The notes under the pieces are model-generated. The model saw only the letters and a program-made list of their open reading frames with translations, did no database searches and had not been told where the DNA came from. Below, piece after piece: positions 11,835 through 22,184 of a stretch of 64,000 nt of DNA. Both the position numbers and the translations under genes were made by a program. Position 1 is the stretch's first letter; the number at the start of each line of letters is the position of its first letter. Location of the stretch: the NCBI GenBank assembly GCA_963763495.1, contig CAVXOY010000020.1, positions 24,213-88,212 on the forward strand, in the 5' to 3' direction. The stretch is from an uncultured Chloroflexia bacterium (GTDB lineage Bacteria; Chloroflexota; Dehalococcoidia; DSTF01; JALHUB01).

Positions 11835-13251
11835 ATGGTGCGATTACTGGCGGCGGCGAGCACGAGGGCAGCCTCGCCGAGGGAGGCACAGACTCAACTT
11901 CCAGCCGTGGTTGTGCCTTTTCCGGCGGCGCCGGCGCTGCGCGAGGAGGAGTTGGTGCGGCTCTGGGAGGGACAGCGTTTCCCGAGCGGCGCCCTGAAGA
12001 CCCGCCGCGGCGAGACCCTCCAGATCGTCTACCGCGGCCGCCATAGCCCCGGCGCCGGCCCCGACTTCAGCGACGCTATCATCGCCGATGAAGCGGGCAA
12101 TCTTCTGAAGGGCGATGTGGAGCTGCACGTCCGGGCCAGCGACTTCCGCGGCCACGGCCATCACCACGACAGCCGCTACGACAACCTGGCGCTGCACGTC
12201 GTCTTCGACGATGACGAGGAGGAGGACACGGAGCTCTCGCAGCGGCCGCCGCGTCGCCGTCGTGGCCCTCGCTCCCTGGGTGGCCCGCCGCGCCGAGCAG
12301 CTCCGCCTCTGGCTGGCCCAGCCCGCCCTCTGGGAGGAGCCCTGCCGGGGTGCCGTGGCCCGCCTGGGCGAGATAGAAGTGCGAGAGACGGTCGTCCGTT
12401 TGGGGCGGCTGCGCTTTCACCAGAAGCAGAGCCGGTTCGCCGTTGCTTTGAATCGGGGGGCGGCCAGCCAGGTCTTCTACGAGGCCCTGCTGCGGGCTCT
12501 CGGCTACAACCGGAACGGGGAGAGATTCGCAGCCCTCGCCCGCCTGATCCCCTATGAGAGGTTGCAGACGGCCCTTGCCGCCGGCGGGCTGGTGGGGGGC
12601 GAGGCGCTGCTCCTGGGAACGGCTGGGCTGCTGCCGGGTCAGCGGGGTCTGGGCGGGCCGCGTTCCCCCTACGTACGAGAACTAGAGAAGCATTGGATCG
12701 AGGCGCGAGGAGAACAGTCTCTCTCCCTCGATCTGGGCGACGGCGGCAGCGTCCGGCCTGCCAACCACCCGGCGCGTCGCCTGGCGGGGGCTGTCCGCCT
12801 CCTCTATCGCTGGAAACCGGGTCTGGTGGGGAGCCTGCAAGAGCTGATGACAGTCAGCGAAAAGGTCCCCCTGCGTTCTCTCATTGCCGGCTGGGAGGTA
12901 CCCGCCGACGGGTTCTGGCTGACCCACTACGACGTGGCCGCCGCCAGCGCTGCCCCGCTGGGAGCCCTCGTCGGCCGCGGGCGCGCCCTGGAGCTCCTGA
13001 TCAACGTCGTCCTGCCCTTCGCCGCCGCCTGGGGCCAGGCGCGCGGCCTGGATGCCCTTTCCCAGCAAGCCCTGATGCTCTTTCAGCGTCTCCCTCGCTC
13101 CGGTTCTTACGGCGCTACTCGCTTGCTGGAATCGTCCCTCTTCAGCAGAGGCGGTCAATGGGGCGCTTGCTGCCAGCAAGGCCTGCTCTACCTCTACCAC
13201 CAGTACTGCACTCAGGGAGGGTGCGGCGTCTGCCCGCTCTCCCGAGGATAG
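11835..13251 (+). CDS. DUF2851-like protein, frameshifted near 12238
   Basis: GPDF...GDVELHVRASDFRGHGHHHD..YDNLALHVV, RPANHPARRLA, INVVLPF, C-terminal QGLLYLY..YCTQGGCGVCPL. Confidence 0.75.
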
Positions 13252-13347
13252 CGAAACTAGGATCCGTGAGGTTGGGCGCTGCCGGCTGCTTGTCGAGGAA
13301 GAGAAGGATAGCGTTTTGAAGAGATCGTTTGGCGGAGGAATGCGCTG

Positions 13348-13739
13348 ATGCCCTGGTGGGCCTGGCTCCTCATGGCCGTTGCCCTGAGCCTTGCTCGCTC
13401 TGTCTGCTGGGAGCGCTGGTGCTTTGGCGTTCCGCCCGTCGCGACAGCGAGCGTTCCGCGCTGGGCAAGAGGATCATCGCTCTGCCCTGGCGGGCCAAGC
13501 TCACCCTTCTCCGGCGGCTCTTCAAAGACCGGCGCGTGCCCGGCTGGGCGAAAGTCCTGCTGCCGGCGCTGGCCGTCTACCTGGCCCTGCCGCTCGACCT
13601 CATCCCCGACTTCATACCCGTCATCGGCTATCTCGACGACCTGCTGGTCGTGCTGCTCGTAGTGTCGATCTTGCTTCGCGCCGTTCCCGTCGCGGTAGTG
13701 GAGGATAACCTCGACTCTCTGGAGCGTGGGGAAGGATAG
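13348..13739 (+). CDS. YkvA/DUF1232 membrane protein, frameshifted near the N-terminus
   Basis: YLALPLDLIPDFIPVIGYLDD signature; N-terminal MPWWAWLL in another frame. Confidence 0.8.
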
Positions 13740-13763
13740 CGCGAGCTGGCGGTAGCTCTTGAC

Positions 13764-14768
13764 CTAGACAGGGGCGAATCCGAGGCCGCTGATCACGTCC
13801 TGATCGAGGCCGGCGGTTATCCCCCGCTGGAGGTGGAAGTAGCCGCAGGCAGCGACCATCGCCGCATTGTCGGTGCAGAAGACGAGCGGCGGCAGGCGCA
13901 CCGGCACGGGCGCTTCCGCCAGCAGACGCTGCCGCAGGGCGCTGTTGGCGGCGACGCCCCCGGCCAGGATTATCTCCTTCACCCTCTCCTCGCGGGCGGC
14001 GCGAACTGTCTTCGTGACCAGCACGTCCACGACGGCGTCCTGGAAGGCTGCGGCCAGCTCTTCCGGTGGTGCCTTCTGTCCTCCGCTCTCGCGGGTAAGA
14101 CGGAGGACGGCCGTCTTCAAGCCGCTGAAGCTGAAGTCGTAACTCCCCGGCAGCCAGGCTCGCGGCAGGCGAAGGGACGGTTTCTTGCCCGCTGCCGCCT
14201 TCTCGACCGCCGGCCCGCCGGGGTAGCCGAGGCCGAGAAGCCGCGCGACCTTGTCGAACGCCTCGCCGGCGGCGTCGTCGCGGGTGTTCCCCAGTTGACG
14301 GTAACGGCCGTGATCCGTCATGACCACCAGGTCCGTGTGACCGCCGGAGACGACGAGGGCGAGCAGGGGGAAGCTAGGGGGTGGAGTGTCCTCATCCTCC
14401 TGTATTAGCCAGTTGGCGTAGATGTGACTCTCCAGATGGCTTACCGGCACGAGCGGCATCCCCCGTGCGAAGACAATCGCCTTCGCCGCGTTGACGCCGA
14501 CGAGGAGCGATCCCGACAGGCCGGGGCCGACCGTCACGGCTACCGCCGCCAGGTCGTCCCAAGCGCAGCCCGCCTCGTCGAGGGCCGCCTCGATCACCGG
14601 CAGTATGCTCTCCAGGTGCTTTCGCGAGGCCACCTCGGGGACGACGCCGCCGTAGCGGGCGTGCAGGTCGATCTGGGAGGCGACCACGTTGGAGAGGAGG
14701 AGGCGTCCGTCTTCGACGACGGCGGCGGCGGTCTCATCGCAGGACGTTTCGATTCCTAAGATTCTCAT
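13764..14768 (-). CDS. tsaD: tRNA threonylcarbamoyladenosine transferase TsaD
   Basis: [49 protein letters not shown]. Confidence 0.96.
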   Translation of the reverse strand: MRILGIETSCDETAAAVVEDGRLLLSNVVASQIDLHARYGGVVPEVASRKHLESILPVIEAALDEAGCAWDDLAAVAVTVGPGLSGSLLVGVNAAKAIVFARGMPLVPVSHLESHIYANWLIQEDEDTPPPSFPLLALVVSGGHTDLVVMTDHGRYRQLGNTRDDAAGEAFDKVARLLGLGYPGGPAVEKAAAGKKPSLRLPRAWLPGSYDFSFSGLKTAVLRLTRESGGQKAPPEELAAAFQDAVVDVLVTKTVRAAREERVKEIILAGGVAANSALRQRLLAEAPVPVRLPPLVFCTDNAAMVAACGYFHLQRGITAGLDQDVISGLGFAPV

Positions 14769-16962
14769 TGGGGTGGAGGAGTGCTTTCCTCTTGGTCAGG
14801 GAGAGGAGTCTCCGCGGCAGGCGGCTCCTCCGTGGCGGCGGGTTGGCTCTCCTGTCCCAGCGGCGGCAAGGCGGTGTCGTACAGGGAGTCGCCGTCGAGA
14901 AGATAGAGGCGGGCTGTCACCCCGTCCACGTCTACCGCCTGGAGGTCGGTGAACTTGCTGCTGACGATCTGGCCCTGGAACTGGCCGTTGAGCGCGAAAG
15001 CCACAACCCGCTTGTTGCCCGCGGTCGACCACCAGCAGCCCCCCTTCGCTAAGCAGCAGCGAGGCGGGGGAGACGATGGGCTGGTCAATGCCGTCCATCT
15101 CGAAAGCTATCTCCTGTCCCCCGGAGAAGCGGCGGATGCCGCCTTTCTCCGTTGAGCACGTAGACATCGCCGCTGACGCCGATGCCCACGGCGCCCGCCA
15201 GGTCTGCGCCTGACAGCAAGCCTGTGCGCTCGCTGTCAAAGCCGCCGTCCGTGGGCAGGTAGCGCCACACCTGGTCACCCTCAGTATCCAGCACGTACAG
15301 ATTGCCGCTGTATACGGCGAGGCCGTCGGCCGATGTCCAGCCGTCGGCGCCCCGCAGGGAGACGAGGCCGGTGCCCTTGCTGGGGTGGAAAGAGAATAGA
15401 TGACGGTCGCTGTCCAGGATTAGCAGTCTGCCGCCGTTGACGTCGGGCGCCCAGGTCATCTGGAGCGGCCGGCCCGCCTTGATGACGCCCACGAAATCGC
15501 CTTCGCTGAGGATTACCTCCGCCTTCGCCTCGGGCTGTCCCAGAGCAAGGCCTATGATCCGGCCTCCCTTGCGGTCGAGGAAGTACGCTTCGCCGTCGCC
15601 GACGACCAGCCGTTGGAGAGAGATGTCGCCGGTCACCTGAGTCCGCAGATCGGCGAGGGGACGGAGGTCGGTTACTTCGTAGACGGCGTCCATCTCCGCC
15701 AGCGCCCGGGCTACCTCGGCGCGGAGGGTCTGGAGTTCAGCGTCGTCGGAGTGGATATCCGTCGCGTCGACAAGCAGTTCATCCGCCTTCTGTAGTTGGA
15801 GGCGTTTGTCGCCGAGGTCGGTCAGGGTCAAGGCGTCGGAGTAGGAGGCGCGGGCCTCCGTCAGAAGGGAAGAGAACTTGTCCTCGCGGTTCTTCTCCAT
15901 CGAGTCGGGGAGAAGGCACCACGCCAGCAAAGCGCCGACTCCCAGCAGCAGGGCGATGATGATCATCCACCAGGAGAAGAGGTGGGTGCGGCTTGAGGTT
16001 GTAGTGCGAGAGTAGTTGCGGAGGCTCGGTTGGGAGCTTCGGAGACGGACAGTGGTATGAGTGATGTCGGGGGAGGGTGGGGCGGCCCCTTCCGGCCTGA
16101 AGGCAGGCGGGGCATACTCCTCCTCGTCTCCCTCCAGTTCCTCCAGCGGCGAGCTGGCCTCGTCATCGCTGGGGGCCGGCGGCGGTTCGATAGCCGTGAA
16201 GTCTAGCTGTCTCTCTGACTCCTCGACGAAGGTTACTTCTCGATCTTCGACCTCAGTCTCTGCGGGTTCCTCAGCAGCGGCGAGTGGGGGTTCGATGACG
16301 GCCTCCGGCTCGGCGTAGCAGCTTAGGAGGAAGGCCGAGAAATCCGGCAGGTCGCGGGTGAGCAGGTAGACCTCCGAGAGGGCCTGCTCCCCGTCCGCTC
16401 CGAGGAGGGCGGCGAGCGTCTCATCGTCGGCGACTTCGGAGAGAATGGGGGATGTCACCAGCACCAGATCGCCCGGCGCCAGATCGAATCGGGTTAGCTC
16501 CGGGCGTAGCTCTTCGCCCAGACCGACGACAGCGGTGGATTGGGGGTCCTGCGGTGTCAGGCGCTGGAGGCCGCTCCCAGTGCGGTGGTAGGCGAGGCTG
16601 GGGCCGACCTGGGCCAGATAGGCAAGCGATCCCCGCACGACCAGGCAGCTTAGGCCGGCGCCCACCTGGTGTTCGCGGAGGCTGCGGCGGTTCCAGTCGC
16701 GGAGGTTCTCGTGGGCGGCGCTGATCGCCTTGACCAACGCGCCGGTCAGGGAGAGGCTCTGCCGTTCAAACAGGTGGCCGATGACCGCCACCAACTGGCC
16801 GCAGAACTCCTCGCTTCCCGGCAGAGCGGGATGGACGAGGACGTAGAGATCGGCAGGCTCTTCACCGGGCTCGCGCCAAGTGAACGCTCCCTGCCAGGGG
16901 CCTGTCTCTTCTGCCTGCCCCCGCGCAATCCCAAAACGCCCGACCCACGTTCTGACAGCCAT
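14765..16962 (-). CDS. Membrane protein: degenerate PP2C-like domain, acidic linker, TM helix, beta-propeller-like C-terminus (frameshifted near 15145 and 15020)
   Basis: [12 protein letters not shown] and [13 protein letters not shown]2C-like motifs; [23 protein letters not shown]; repeated YFLD/LILD/YVLD/VVD/YLLD blades; stop overlaps tsaD start (ATGA). Confidence 0.6.
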
Positions 16963-17106
16963 CCCTGGCAGATTATACCATCCTCTATTGGGCAAACAAG
17001 GCACCCGTTGAGGATGTACCGCGGGGAAGGGCTCTCCCCGCAATCGGGGGGTGCGATGATATGCTCGTATTCGGGGCAGGGTGTATGATTATCGAGAGGT
17101 GAGAGC

Positions 17107-17871
17107 ATCAACGAGCAGAGGATCCGGCAACTCCTAGCAGCGGTGGCCGGCGGCGCCACTTCGGTTGAAGACGCCCTGGAAGAACTGCGCTATCTGCCCT
17201 ACGAGGACATCGGCTTCGCCAAGATCGACCACCACCGGGCCCTGCGCGATAACCTGCCTGAGGTGATTCTCGGCGAGGGCAAGACGACGGCCCAGATCGT
17301 TGCCGTGGCAGAGAAGCTGGTGGAGCGATCGGGACGCCTCCTCGTTACCCGCGTCGATGAGCCCTGCTTTCAGGCGATCCGGGAGCGCATCGCCGATGCT
17401 GTCTACCACGAAGAGGCACGGGCGGTGACTGTAGATCGTCACCCTCCGGTCCCGATGACCGGCGTCGTCATCCTCTGCGCTGGGACCGCCGACCTGCCGG
17501 TGGCGGAGGAGGCGGCGGTGACATCGGAACTGATGGGCCATCAGGTCGAGCGGGTGTACGACGTCGGCGTGGCGGGAATACATCGCCTGCTCGACCACCT
17601 GCCGAAGCTCCGAGAGGCGCGGGTCCTGGTCGTCGTCGCTGGAATGGAAGGCGCTCTACCCAGCGTTGTCTCGGGCCTCGTCTCGTCGCCCGTAATCGCT
17701 GTGCCCACCTCCACCGGGTATGGGGCCGCCTTCCAGGGCTTGGCTCCTCTGCTGACCATGCTGAATAGCTGCGCCCCCGGCGTCGCCGTTGTGAACATCG
17801 ACAACGGCTTCGGCGCCGGCTACCTTGCCGCTGTGATCAACCGCCTCGCCTGTTCTGCCGACGAGGACTAG
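17107..17871 (+). CDS. larB: Nickel-pincer cofactor biosynthesis protein LarB
   Basis: PurE-like fold: IDHHR, PEVILGEGKT, AGTAD, DVGVAGIHRL, VAGMEGAL, PTSTGYG, NIDNGFGA. Start uncertain; ORF track gives 17143. Confidence 0.9.
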   Translation: MNEQRIRQLLAAVAGGATSVEDALEELRYLPYEDIGFAKIDHHRALRDNLPEVILGEGKTTAQIVAVAEKLVERSGRLLVTRVDEPCFQAIRERIADAVYHEEARAVTVDRHPPVPMTGVVILCAGTADLPVAEEAAVTSELMGHQVERVYDVGVAGIHRLLDHLPKLREARVLVVVAGMEGALPSVVSGLVSSPVIAVPTSTGYGAAFQGLAPLLTMLNSCAPGVAVVNIDNGFGAGYLAAVINRLACSADED

Positions 17872-17903
17872 CGGCCTAGCGCGGTTGATCGAGAGAGGAA
17901 GCA

Positions 17904-19092
17904 ATGCACCCCATCGCCTATCTCGACTGTTTCTCCGGCATCAGCGGCGACATGCTCCTCGGCGCCTTGGTGGACGCCGGGCTGCCCGCCTCCGCCCTGC
18001 GCCGTGAGCTGGGGAAGCTGGGAATAGAGGGCTATCGCCTGAGAGTCAAGAAGACCCAGCGGGCCGGACTCGCAGCGACCCAGGTTATCGTTGGTCTGGA
18101 GAAGCGATCATTCCCACGGCCGTCTGAACGAAGTCCTTGCTCTGATCGACAAGAGCACTCTGCCCGATAGCGACAAGAAGAGCGGCGCTGCCATCTTCCA
18201 GCGCCTGGCCGAGGCGGAGGCGCGGGTGCATGGCGCCACGCCGGAGTCGGTTGTGTTGCACGAACTGGGCTCGCTGGATACCGTCATCGATGTCATGGGA
18301 GCGGTGGCAGGGTTGCGCCTCCTCGGTGTCGGAGAACTATTCGCCTCGCCCTTACCGGCCGGTGGGGGAAGCGTGGAGGGGAGCCATGGGTCTCTGCCCG
18401 TTCCCGCGCCGGCCACCTTGGAGCTGATCGCCCGCGCCGGTGCCCCCCTTTCGCAGACTGATTGGCAGGGTGAGCTTGTCACCCCGACCGGCGCTGCTAT
18501 CGTCACTACGCTTGCCCGCTTCCAGAGGCCGGCGATGCGAGTCAACAAAGTCGGCTATGGCGCCGGCAGTTACGACTTCGCGGGCCGGCCCAACGTGCTA
18601 CGCGTTTGGCTGGGAGAGAAGTTGCCGGAGGAGAAGGGGGCGACGCTCCTGGTGGAGACCAATATCGACGACATGAGCCCGGAGGTCCTGGGTTACGTGC
18701 AGGAACGCCTATTCGCCGCCGGCGCCGCCGACGTCTGGTTCACCTCGATTCAGATGAAGAAGAACCGGCCGGCGACTAAGCTGTCCGTTCTCTGTGCGAT
18801 GGAGAAAGAGGACGCGATTGTCGGCGTGCTGCTGCGGGAGAGCTCGACGCTGGGGGTGCGCGTGACGCAGGTGCGCCGGCACGAGGCGGAGCGGGAAGTG
18901 GTCACTTTCCCTTCCAGCCTGGGAAAGGCAACGGTGAAGATCAAGCGCTGGAACCAGGAGCCGGTACAGGTCTCTCCGGAATACGAAGACTGCCGCCGCT
19001 TGGCGCGAGAGAAGGAGATGCCTCTTGCCGAGGTCTACCGGATCGTCCAGGCAGAGGCCATTGTCTACATGAAAGAGAGGGGCATCCAGTAA
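17904..19092 (+). CDS. larC: Nickel insertase LarC, frameshifted near 18120
   Basis: DCFSGISGDMLLGAL, HELGSLD, HGSLPVPAPAT, ELVTPTG, ETNIDD, MKKNRP, PEYEDC. Confidence 0.9.
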
Positions 19093-19098
19093 GGATAC

Positions 19099-19133
19099 CC
19101 CTCTCGGTTCTGCCGAAGGGAATTGACCGAGGG
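19099..19133. terminator. Hairpin between convergent larC and lipoprotein genes
   Basis: CTCGGT...ACCGAG stem between the two stop codons; no clear U-tract. Confidence 0.35.
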
Positions 19134-19139
19134 TTCCCG

Positions 19140-19706
19140 CTACTGGGAACCGGTCATGACCGTCAGGCTGGTCTTGCCGCTGTCCTCGCCGACCATGATC
19201 CAGGCAGCGGTCTTGCCGTCGTCCTTGCTCCAAACGCCGATGCCACCGGCACCCTCCTCACCGGAGGTGGCGAATACCCACTCTTCTTTCCACCCGCTCA
19301 TCTTGTCTTTGTACCACTCAAAGACATCGTCCGGAGAGTCGTCGGTCTCGTAAATGCCGTACTTGACAGTCTCAAAATCAGCGGGGTTCTCGCCGTCCCC
19401 AATCGCCGGTATGAGCGCCTCATCTCCCGACCATTCGCCGGTCATGACCTCGTCGGCCCCCGGGTAGATGGGCACGTTATCCAGCGAGCCACCGCTATCT
19501 CCACCATCATCCTCTTTTGTCTCTTTGGCGGCGGGCGTGTCCTTGTCCTCAGGAGTGTCTTCCCCGTCCGTCTCTTTGGTCTCCTCGGCTACCGGTGTTG
19601 TCTTGTCCCCGTTCTCTTTCTCATCGTCCCCACCGCCACAGGCGACAAACGCTGCTCCGGCAACCAGAGTCAACGCGACCAGGAAGAAAGCTAATGTCTT
19701 CTTCAA
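19140..19706 (-). CDS. Acidic lipoprotein of unknown function
   Basis: TTG after SD GGAGG; signal peptide with FVAC lipobox; D/E/T-rich linker; VPIYPGA domain. Confidence 0.75.
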   Translation of the reverse strand: MKKTLAFFLVALTLVAGAAFVACGGGDDEKENGDKTTPVAEETKETDGEDTPEDKDTPAAKETKEDDGGDSGGSLDNVPIYPGADEVMTGEWSGDEALIPAIGDGENPADFETVKYGIYETDDSPDDVFEWYKDKMSGWKEEWVFATSGEEGAGGIGVWSKDDGKTAAWIMVGEDSGKTSLTVMTGSQ

Positions 19707-19751
19707 CCGTACACCTCCTTGCGCGGGCTGGTGAAACAACCAGCCTCTTGA

Positions 19752-19780
19752 ATTATCGACGGCCCCTGTCCAAATGTCAA
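19752..19780 (-). promoter_or_regulatory. Sigma70-type promoter of the lipoprotein gene
   Basis: TTGACA-17 nt-GATAAT. Confidence 0.7.
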
Positions 19781-19824
19781 TTAGGGTAGTCTCGCATACT
19801 ACTGTCGCTCCGCCTCTCCCTTCC

Positions 19825-20544
19825 CTAGCCGCTGAATCCCAGCCCCTGCTCCTTCAGACTGAGATAGCGCCCGTGGCCGATGATGAGGTGGTCCAGCACC
19901 TCGATATCGAGAAGACGGCCCGCCTCCACCATCTGGCGGGTCATCGCGACATCGTCGGCCGACGGAGTTGGGTCACCCGAAGGATGATTGTGCACCACTA
20001 TCAGCGCTGGACAGTTGCGGCGGACCGCCTCGCGGAAGATCTCGCCCGTCCGCACCAAAGAGGCGTTGACACTGCCTTTGTAGACCTCAGGGGTTCCCAT
20101 CACCTCGTTACGCGTGTTCAGAAGCACGACGCGCAGGTGTTCCTGTTCCAGGAGGCTCATTTCCGGGGAGAGCAGATTGGCGGCGTCGGCGGGAGACCGC
20201 ACGACCGCTTTGGCGTCGGGTTGTGTCGCCGAAAGGCGCTTCCCCAACTCCAGCGCTGCCTTCAACTGAGCGGCCTTAGCCTCGCCGAGCCCCCGTTCGT
20301 TGCAGAGCTCGGCGAAGCTCGCGCGCGCCAGCCCCGCCAGACCCTGGTGGTGCGAGAGAAGGCGCGACGCCATCTCCAGCACACTCTCTTTGCTGGCCCC
20401 CGTCCTCAAGATGATAGCCAGCAACTCCCCATTGGAGAGGGCCTGGGGGCCGTAATCGCGCAGCCGTTCCCGTGGCCGCTCAGCGGCTGGGAGGTCCCGG
20501 ATCAGTGTGTAGTACTCCAAGGGGGCCTTCTCGCTTGTTGACAC
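19825..20544 (-). CDS. radC: RadC (JAB/MPN domain) protein
   Basis: [37 protein letters not shown]. Confidence 0.95.
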   Translation of the reverse strand: MSTSEKAPLEYYTLIRDLPAAERPRERLRDYGPQALSNGELLAIILRTGASKESVLEMASRLLSHHQGLAGLARASFAELCNERGLGEAKAAQLKAALELGKRLSATQPDAKAVVRSPADAANLLSPEMSLLEQEHLRVVLLNTRNEVMGTPEVYKGSVNASLVRTGEIFREAVRRNCPALIVVHNHPSGDPTPSADDVAMTRQMVEAGRLLDIEVLDHLIIGHGRYLSLKEQGLGFSG

Positions 20545-20571
20545 AGATGCCTTTCTCCGCTGCTCGGCGGA

Positions 20572-21009
20572 TCAGCGGGCGGCGGCGGGTTTCCCGCTCT
20601 CCTTGTGCAACGTCACCATCGTGTTCGTATGGGGGTAGTAGGTGATGGAGACGGTATCGCCCTTCTCCAGCTTGTCATAGAGCACGTGGGGGATCTTGAA
20701 CACGTTCTTATTGACATAAATGTAATGCCCCGGCATGATCTGCAGACCGCCGCGGCCCCACATACGAAGGATTTCGCCGGTCGTTGCTTTGGGCTGTGCC
20801 AGCAGGTCGCGCAGGGCCTGGATGCTCTGGTATCCGGTGAGAAGAGCCAGCAGGCTGAGGACGACGAGGAAGGGGATCTGATCGCGATTGTCGATGAGGA
20901 TATCGATCAGAGTGGCAACCCAGCCGGCGCCGATGACGAGAAACAGGGGAGTGTAGATAGCGGCATCCCTGATGATCGCCGACCTGGCCGCGGATCGCCT
21001 CTCATCCAA
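20572..21009 (-). CDS. Hypothetical membrane protein (2 TM plus small beta domain)
   Basis: Two hydrophobic segments; GDTVSITYYP; closely spaced with its neighbours. Confidence 0.65.
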   Translation of the reverse strand: MDERRSAARSAIIRDAAIYTPLFLVIGAGWVATLIDILIDNRDQIPFLVVLSLLALLTGYQSIQALRDLLAQPKATTGEILRMWGRGGLQIMPGHYIYVNKNVFKIPHVLYDKLEKGDTVSITYYPHTNTMVTLHKESGKPAAAR

Positions 21010-21023
21010 GACCGCGCTCGTCC

Positions 21024-21593
21024 TTATTGGGGTATGATCAGCGTCTGCCCGGGTTGGAGCAGAGGGTCTTCGAGACTGAGATCGTTTCGCTCCGCTATCC
21101 GTCTAGCGAAGTCCGCCAGATCCTCTCCGGGAGGGAGAAACTGCTCGGCGATGCTGAATAGAGAATCACCTTCTCCCACGGTGTACTCGGTAGCACCGGG
21201 AGTAGTAGTTGCGCGCGGTGTCGCGGCTGGTGTGCCTTCCGGTGTACCGGCCGGAGTTGCTGCCGGCGTGCCCTCTGGTGTGCCCGCTCGTGGCGTGATT
21301 ATGGTGGGCGTCAGCAACGGCGGCCGCACTGTGGAGGTCGCCGCCGCTGTCGGCGCGATGATGCTGGGCGGCGACTGGCTTGCCTCCTCCGGCGGCTTCA
21401 GCAGGAGCCAGAGAGCAACGGCTGTTCCCACCAGAAGCGCCAGAAGCGACCCCCGGTAGAGCAGATAGGAAGGCAGGGCGCTGGCGGGCTGCAGACACTC
21501 GGCGCAGAGTTCGTCGCCATGATCGCTACAGTACAGCCTACCGCAGCGCCTGCACTCATGAACCGCATCCTTGTCGCAGGCGTAACACTTCAT
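21024..21593 (-). CDS. Zinc finger-TM-LysM protein
   Basis: CxxC...CxxC...CxxH...CxxC, TM helix, P/T/A linker, YTVGEGDSLFSIA...LQPGQTLIIP. Confidence 0.85.
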   Translation of the reverse strand: MKCYACDKDAVHECRRCGRLYCSDHGDELCAECLQPASALPSYLLYRGSLLALLVGTAVALWLLLKPPEEASQSPPSIIAPTAAATSTVRPPLLTPTIITPRAGTPEGTPAATPAGTPEGTPAATPRATTTPGATEYTVGEGDSLFSIAEQFLPPGEDLADFARRIAERNDLSLEDPLLQPGQTLIIPQ

Positions 21594-21668
21594 GCAAGCG
21601 GCACTATAACAGTTTTTGGCGCCTTTGACCAGTAAGGCAAGGGCTGATCATTATGAGATTAAGCTCAA

Positions 21669-22109
21669 CTAGGCGAGCTCGACGGTGGCGCCGGCGTCGC
21701 GCAGCTTGGTCGCCGCGGCCTCTGCGTCCTCCTTGGAGATGCCTTCCTTCACGTTGGTAGGCGCGCTCTCCACCAAGTCCTTCGCCTCTTTCAGGCCCAG
21801 AGTGGTAACCTCGCGCACTGCCTTGATGACGTTGATCTTGTTGGCGCCCATGTCCTTGAGGACGACCGCCCACTCTGTCTTCTCCTCCACCTCCTCGGCG
21901 GGGGCAGCCGCCTCGGCGCCAGGCGCGGCGGCGACGGCCACGGGAGCGGCGAAGGCCATGGGAGCGGCGCTAACTCCGAACTCCTCCTCGATGCGCTTGT
22001 TCAGGTCGCGTACCTCAAGGATCGTCATCTCCTTGATCAGATCGAAAGCCTGATCTACGCGGCCGCTTGCTCCTTCTTTCTCTGTCGACTTTGTTGCCTT
22101 GGTTGCCAC
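21669..22109 (-). CDS. rplL: 50S ribosomal protein L7/L12
   Basis: [30 protein letters not shown]. Confidence 0.97.
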   Translation of the reverse strand: MATKATKSTEKEGASGRVDQAFDLIKEMTILEVRDLNKRIEEEFGVSAAPMAFAAPVAVAAAPGAEAAAPAEEVEEKTEWAVVLKDMGANKINVIKAVREVTTLGLKEAKDLVESAPTNVKEGISKEDAEAAATKLRDAGATVELA

Positions 22110-22184
22110 TTTGTTATTCCTCCTCTATTTGAGAACTGAGAACATCGCACAATGAAGCTGTGGCTGAGCAGCGTGGAGAAAAGG

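Noticed and set aside
19825-20544. radC as a marker of a mobile or anti-defence element
   Set aside because: Full-length chromosomal-type RadC with no integrase, transposase or att-like repeats nearby.
21215-21290. Tandem DNA repeat or CRISPR-like unit
   Set aside because: It is the coding Pro/Thr/Ala linker of the LysM protein; no spacers or cas genes.
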